Source: Eledone cirrhosa (taxonomy: Eukaryota). Taken from it: a stretch of 64,000 nucleotides of DNA. A program made the position numbers and the translations under genes. Under the pieces are notes generated by a model. The model had not been told where the DNA came from. It did not search any database and was given only the letters and a program-made list of their open reading frames with translations. Shown one piece after another: positions 57,897-64,000 of this stretch. How positions within the stretch are numbered: position 1 is the first letter of the stretch; every line of letters starts with the position of its first letter. Location: the NCBI GenBank assembly GCA_964016885.1, contig OZ024742.1, positions 267,964,001-268,028,000 of the forward strand, given 5' to 3'.

Positions 57897-59618
57897 TAGG
57901 AAAAAGTATGACCCAAACGGCAGAGCTCAAGCGGTTTCGACGACTATTACTGGACTAAATTAGAATTTTTAGCCTGGTAAATAAATAGCCGAACTGGTCA
58001 AGGGGTTCTTCCTCATATGGGAAGATTGTAGTTGTCAAGACGATTGGTTAAAATTTGTTGTAAACACAAATAAGTCTGGCATGGCAATTGGTGGGAGGTA
58101 GGGGTGGCTGAACTTGCCTGTAGAACAATGAGGGAGTGAGTGGAGCCGGTCAAGCGTTGAAAGTGAAATCTATACTGCAGATTCTAAGGATAGTGTATGA
58201 AAAGTCGAAAAATTGTTCTGGAGAAAATGGAGGAGGAAAGTAATAGAATAGGTAAGTCAAATGAGAGTAGGAGACAATCCAAAATAATATAAAGAAATAT
58301 AAAGAAAATATATAAAATTAGATAGTGAGAAATGAATAAAAAAAAAAAAGAACTGGCTCTACCAACACCGACACACTTTCCGAAACCCGGTCCAGCGACA
58401 TGCCACTACACTTTCGCGGCACATCTGGGACCTCCAAGATAATAATATAACCTACAATCTCACTTGGAGCTCACTGTCCAGAGCTAACTCTTACACGGGA
58501 GAACGCCCTACGCGTAATTTATGCTCGGCTGAAACATTACTGTTTTATGCTATTTTCGAAGGACCACCTACTAAACAAGAAAGACGAACTGGTAACCGCA
58601 TGCAATCACAGATTGCGTAGGACTTACCTCGCCCTCAAACCCCATAACGACCCGGGTGGGTAGACAAGAGCTGATACCCTCCACTTGCCGTATAATTTAG
58701 GTGAAACCCCAGCTTACATAGGTAGATGTACCTATTTTCGTTTCCTCTATGTTGTCTTCTTCCCCAGTCTCATCCTATCACTTCCTTCCACCCCCTATCT
58801 TCTTCCTCGTCTGTTTTTCCCCTTCCGCCTACCCCGATGCAGCCCATCGGGCCTCTGTAGCCTCAATACTCCCACCCCAGAATTTTAGGATAGAATTGGC
58901 CGAATATGGTTTACTAACTATTTATAGTAGATGTGTTAGACCCCTGTAATTTAGTATCATTTTTGTTAGTACTCCAATTCTACAATTTCTATATTTCTTA
59001 TTTAGTATTTTCTATTCTCAACTTATTAACCTGTAATTGTAAGATAGCATTGGGGGAATACGCTTTACTAACTGTTTATAGCAGCTGTGTTACACCCCTG
59101 AAACGTTTGCATTATATATTTTCACTACCCACTTCTACAATTTCTTATTTAGTACTTTCCATTCTCAACTTATTAACCTTTTCTATATCTTTGGCCGTAC
59201 ATGCAACACCTACGAATTATAGCAGCTGTCTCTAGCCTCTAATGATTTTTTTAAAATGTTATATTCATTTCTCACTATCTAATTTTATATATTTTCTTTA
59301 TATTTCTTTCTATTATTTTTTATTGTCTCCTACTCTCATTTGTCTTACCTACTCTAGTACTTCCCTCCTCCATTTTCTCCAGAACAATTTTTCGACTTTT
59401 CATACACTATCCTTAGAATCTGCTGTATAGATTTCACTTTCAAAGCTTGACCGGTTCCACTCACTCCCTCATTGTTCTACAGGCAAGTTCAGCCACCCCT
59501 ACCTCCCAACAATTGCCATGCCAGACTTATTTGTGTTTACAACAAATTCTGACCAACCGTCTTGACAACTACAATCTTCCCATATAAGGAAGTACCCCGT
59601 GACAAGTTCGGTTATTTT
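57897..59618. mobile_element. PLE family C fragment: inverted pLTR (57897-58340, minus) then ORF end + pLTR (58350-59618, plus)
   Basis: Homology to 43345-44470 in both orientations. Confidence 0.85.
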
Positions 59619-59619
59619 G

Positions 59620-62600
59620 CAGCGCCTGACGGCCGGCGTCTTAAGGTTCGGTGCAGGGTGACCCGGTTTACGGTTTTCCCGCCTCATTCTTATTCCATCT
59701 GGAGTAAGAGATGTTTAAGCGGTGCGTGCAGCTTATCACTGTTTCTGCTCTGCTGTTGATGAGCTAATGGGGTACCGTTATGTTATGGTAAATCTCCATG
59801 AGGCAAAGCTCACACTTCCTCTTGAAATTGTACGGTGCTGCCCTGCCGACAATTTCCCAGTGTGTGCAGAATCTGATGTTTGAGTTTTTTAATGCTGTGA
59901 TGTAATTCGCGAGCGAAGTGTAGTGTCTTCGTTTCTTGTTTGCGAAAGAGTGGAGATGTGTTCGAAATCTATTTTGAACGGGCCAGAGGTTGGTCCTATA
60001 TAATGCTTAACGCTATTATGGCTAGTTATGGTGCACCTATAAATAACCCTATCTGTCAGGAAATTTCCCCTAAGGGGACAGCATCCCCTGTCACGACATT
60101 TCCAATTTCGGTCGCAGTCCCTTCTAGTTTCCAAGGTAAGGCTATTATTATTGCTATCTATGCTGTTACCTACGCCTCTATATCTGTCGTTAGTACCATT
60201 ATATCCCACTGCGTGCGGAGTAGTACCATTATCACTCCGCACGCTGCAGCGCATTCTGTTGTCATCGAGTGACCCGTAGGGGTCACCTGCATATTCCCCT
60301 GTCATGTCGCGGTTATGTTGGTTGCGTCTGTTTTGGCTGTTGCTAGCACTATTGGGTACTGCTAGGGAGTCGTTAAGGCCGATATGGTTGTTATCAGGTC
60401 TAGGTATATTGGTGCTAAGGTTCTGTGTTTAGGCGATCTTACTGTGATTAATTGTTCCAATGATGTCTGCTAGGTTAAGAGTAGTAGAGAAGGATATTTT
60501 TATATTGTTCCTATTAAGGATTTTCCTATATTTATGGCTGGGCGGGAAGTTATTCTCTAAGGCTTCGAAGAATATCCGGGGTATGTCGGTGGCCACACTC
60601 CGAGAGTAGGGAGGATGGAACAATAGGACATTACGGTGGCGATTCCGTGTCTTTGTATGTTTGCTAAGGGTTGTACTATCAGGGTGACGTCCTTATGCAT
60701 GTTATTGTGCTGTAGCCCGTTATGTGTCCCTTTCGCTTTGTGCTCGGGTGCACTCGGCTTCCTTCTGTTACGTTTATGTATATCAAGACGTTTGTTGGAA
60801 GGCGGATGGTAGCAGGACATCGCCTTTGTTGATCTTATAGTAGGGGAATAATTCAGGTAGGCTACAGTGGTCACCGCCACCGGAGTCGTGATTTTTATTA
60901 TGTGGTAGGCTTTCTCCACCATCGCTTGTGTGATTGACGTTGCGATTGTGTTCCTTAGTTTGATTCTCTATGCTATTATTTCTGTCTCTTTCAAAGACGC
61001 TGCGCGTTCGGTTATAGGTATGGCTTACTATTACATTAGTCTTATGAGAGGGTTGGTTTCCGAAGCCAGCATTAGGGATGTAGCAGATTCTTCGGTTAAA
61101 TCCGGCACTTAGCTAGGCCTTATTGTAGTAATCTGCCGCTTGGTTGAATATATCGTCATTGGCGGAGAGCCTCGAGATCCCATGTGAAATGCTATAAACT
61201 ATGGAATTGAGAGTCTGCTTAGGGTGGTTAGAGGCATTATTAATATAAGATATACTCTCTCCAAGCTTATGGTATGGCTTGTATAGGCCCGTACTCAACT
61301 CCAGGGTCACGTCCAGTAAGTTGACAACCTGGTGGTTGAGGTCGATAGTTACGGATAGGCCGTATGAAATGAAGAACCAGTGTATGTGCATGTTAAGGTT
61401 CTCTATCCTGCGGAGCTATGATTTCTAATGGTAAACATGGCGTCGTCTCTATATACACCTCCTTGTAGGACCGGTATCTCGTCCCTAAGTCTATGGAGGA
61501 GGTATACTCCGACCCGGTTGGTTGCTTGCGCCGAGTCGCTGGACCCCATCGTGATATCGAAGTTATCAGAACTATATCTATCTCTATTTTAGTGAGGCTA
61601 GTGTTAGATTTAGCTAAGATGAGTGCCTTATTTAAGAGTATAGGGGAGATAGAGGCGGAGTAACTATCTATCTCAAACTGGATGAACTTCAGGGTCGCTT
61701 TATTAGGCAACTCGGTGAACCAATCAATGTCCTGGTCGGCTTTGCTCCAGAGGCAGACCTTAGCTTTTCTATTGAGCTCCAGTAGTACTCTATCCAGGAT
61801 CACTTTACTAAACTAACCTATATCAGATGTAGAGGGACAAATTAATTTAATAGACGGGCTTTCATTAAAGTTACATTTGTGATCCTTAAGAGACAATCTA
61901 GGCGTCAGAGGGACATGTGGGTTTGTGTACTTATCTATATATAGGCTAGTAACTATGACCTTACCTACTCTATTTATGTCATTTAGGGTACTAATGGGTG
62001 TCTTTTTATAGTCTTTGTGTAGTTCTTTATAGTTAATTGTTTATACTTGCTCGCGTCCATCTTATACGGCTTCTTGGTTTTGTCAGAGGTGACGAAGAGG
62101 TGTGGGTCATTCTTGATCTTGGTGATGAGTGCATCTAGGGATGTTAGGAATGGATTACTGCATCGGTATTTATTCTTGAACTTAATGTTTCTGATCAGTT
62201 TCAGCAGGTCCTCCTCAAGGGAGTCTAACAAGGTGTTGTGCGGTGGGTTTCGGTATGTTTTGAAGCCGTACCTATCTTTAGGTTCTGGAAGGTTACGGGT
62301 ATTCTTATCTAGGTGGTAGGCCTTCCATCTTACTCTCCGTATAAAGGAGTTGGTGGCATATATAAGTTGTTTGAGGTATGTTTTTCTGCTGGGTAAGGGG
62401 ATACACTTGCGAGGCATGGGTAACGGCTTATTCTCCAACATGGTTACAAATAAAGTGAGATACTCTACAATAGGAGCACGGTAATATAAATATATACATA
62501 TATACATTTCGTTTCTGAATTTGTTTAGCAAGATTCTTTATCTGAAAACGTGTGTTGAAACCGATATTGTTATACTTTGGGAGGGTCAAGTTGCCAATAA

Positions 62601-63000
62601 GAAACACAGGCACCAGTTGTATTCACTTCAATTTATTATAAATTTCCGGTTGATTAGTTCCACAACCGGATGGTTGTTCATATATTGTCAAAGTTCCTTT
62701 GTATATATTTCTTTAAATAAAAAATATATTTCACCAATTAATTGGTAAATCACATTAGTCAAATCCCGGATGGTCACCAAAGGAGAAGATGCAACCATTT
62801 GTGTTTACACAGCAAATGCAAACCTGTGAATGACTCGTACCACGTGTTGCATTAAAAAAAAACACACACATCGCACAGCGTCATCCCAGTGGCGTGAATA
62901 GGATTATCGACAGCTAGAAATAGCAGCCGAAACCATTCAACTGAGTTAGCTCTACAATGAAGGGGCCGTATATATATCCAAAATTAAATTAAGGGTTGTC
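59620..63000 (-). mobile_element. Naiad-like PLE family F, near full-length disrupted ORF (~62441 to ~59700) plus 5' pLTR
   Basis: KCIPLPSRKTY...RRVRWKAY, FIQFEIDSY, LLDVTL, FHPPYS, CRDRGCCPLRGNFL...IYRC...YIG. Confidence 0.88.
62695..62784 (-). ncRNA. Type I hammerhead, G3-C8 core (family F; mutated inverted copy at ~63038-63127)
   Basis: tcctttg GTGACCA t-ccgg...ttgg-t GAA a-tatatttttt-attta-aagaaatata-t a caaagga. Confidence 0.7.
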
Positions 63001-63001
63001 A

Positions 63002-63488
63002 TGCATTTACTGTGTAAACACAGATGGTTGGATCTTCTTCTTTGGTAACCATCCGGGATTTGACTACTGTGAGTTACCGATTAATTGGTGAATTATATTT
63101 TTTATTTAAGGAAATATATACAAAGAACCTTAGCACCGATACACCTAGATCTGACTACAACTATATCGGCCTTAACGACTCCCTAGCAGCACCCAATAGT
63201 GCTGGCAACGGCCACAACAGACGCAATCAACATAACCGCGACATGACTGGGGAACATGCAGGTGCCCCGTACGGGTCACTCGACGACAACAGAAGGCGCT
63301 GCAGCGTACTACTCCGCACGCAGTGGGATATAATGGTACTAACGACAGGTATAGAGGCATAGGTAACAACATATATTTGAAGTTCTAGTTAAACTTTAAT
63401 TAGTTACACACTTTACAAATTATTGCCTGTGATTGTTTCATACGTTTATTTTATATATATATATATATGTCAATCTATTATTTCTAGT

Positions 63489-63500
<12 letters not shown>
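63002..63500 (+). mobile_element. Inverted scrambled pieces of family F
   Basis: 63002-63125 = revcomp of 62697-62820; 63125-63370 = revcomp of ~60160-60425; 63375-63495 resembles revcomp of 38335-38465. Confidence 0.8.
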
Positions 63501-63572
<72 letters not shown>

Positions 63573-64000
63573 CACAATAATCAAGACTATGTTCAAAACA
63601 TTTTATTACAGACAGTCGCTTCTTCCAAACTTTCGTTAGGAATCATCGGAGCACTAGAAAAATTTAGATATATAATTAACTTCCTATTCGACAGAACAAT
63701 CATATAGATACATAGATATTAATATTTTTATCAACAGTTTCATATTTACAGAGTGGTTGGATGTCACCGAGATGACAAGAGAATACTATAACAATTAAAG
63801 AGGCATTAAGGCAGAAAGTTACTCGCAAAATGAGGACATTAACAGTAAATATGCAACCGTATAATGAACCAATATTTAACAGTAATTCCCAATACTTAGC
63901 TAAATCCGGACATAAAAATTAAATTAAATTGTTACCTAAAATATCACCTAGTTACAATATTATTTCTCACAATATGGCCATGAGGAAAAATAATACAAAT

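Noticed and set aside
63605-63652. CCGAUGA-ttcc..ggaa-GAAG motif on the minus strand
   Set aside because: Two core deviations and no helix I.

Overview
AT-rich, microsatellite-laden animal DNA. The tRNA-derived SINE and (TA)n/(CA)n signature look like an octopus genome, but that is inference. I recognise no host gene; most ORF-track entries are microsatellite read-throughs. The window is a transposon graveyard: three decayed L1/Tx1-type LINEs, R4/Dong, RTE and CRE-like fragments, non-autonomous Helitrons and SINEs. From about 26 kb on there is a dense stack of Penelope-like elements (PLEs): five Naiad-like families and one Poseidon-like family. The main hidden signal is about 25 type I hammerhead ribozyme (HHR) motifs from about 14 unrelated sequence families, parsed by eye. 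Several have non-canonical cores (U3-A8, G3-C8, A4), and several share a C.C mismatch at position 4 of helix II. Most striking is a ~350-bp ORF-less palindromic element, present twice, with a hammerhead on each strand and arms that co-vary within each copy. All folds are manual and ribozyme activity is untested.
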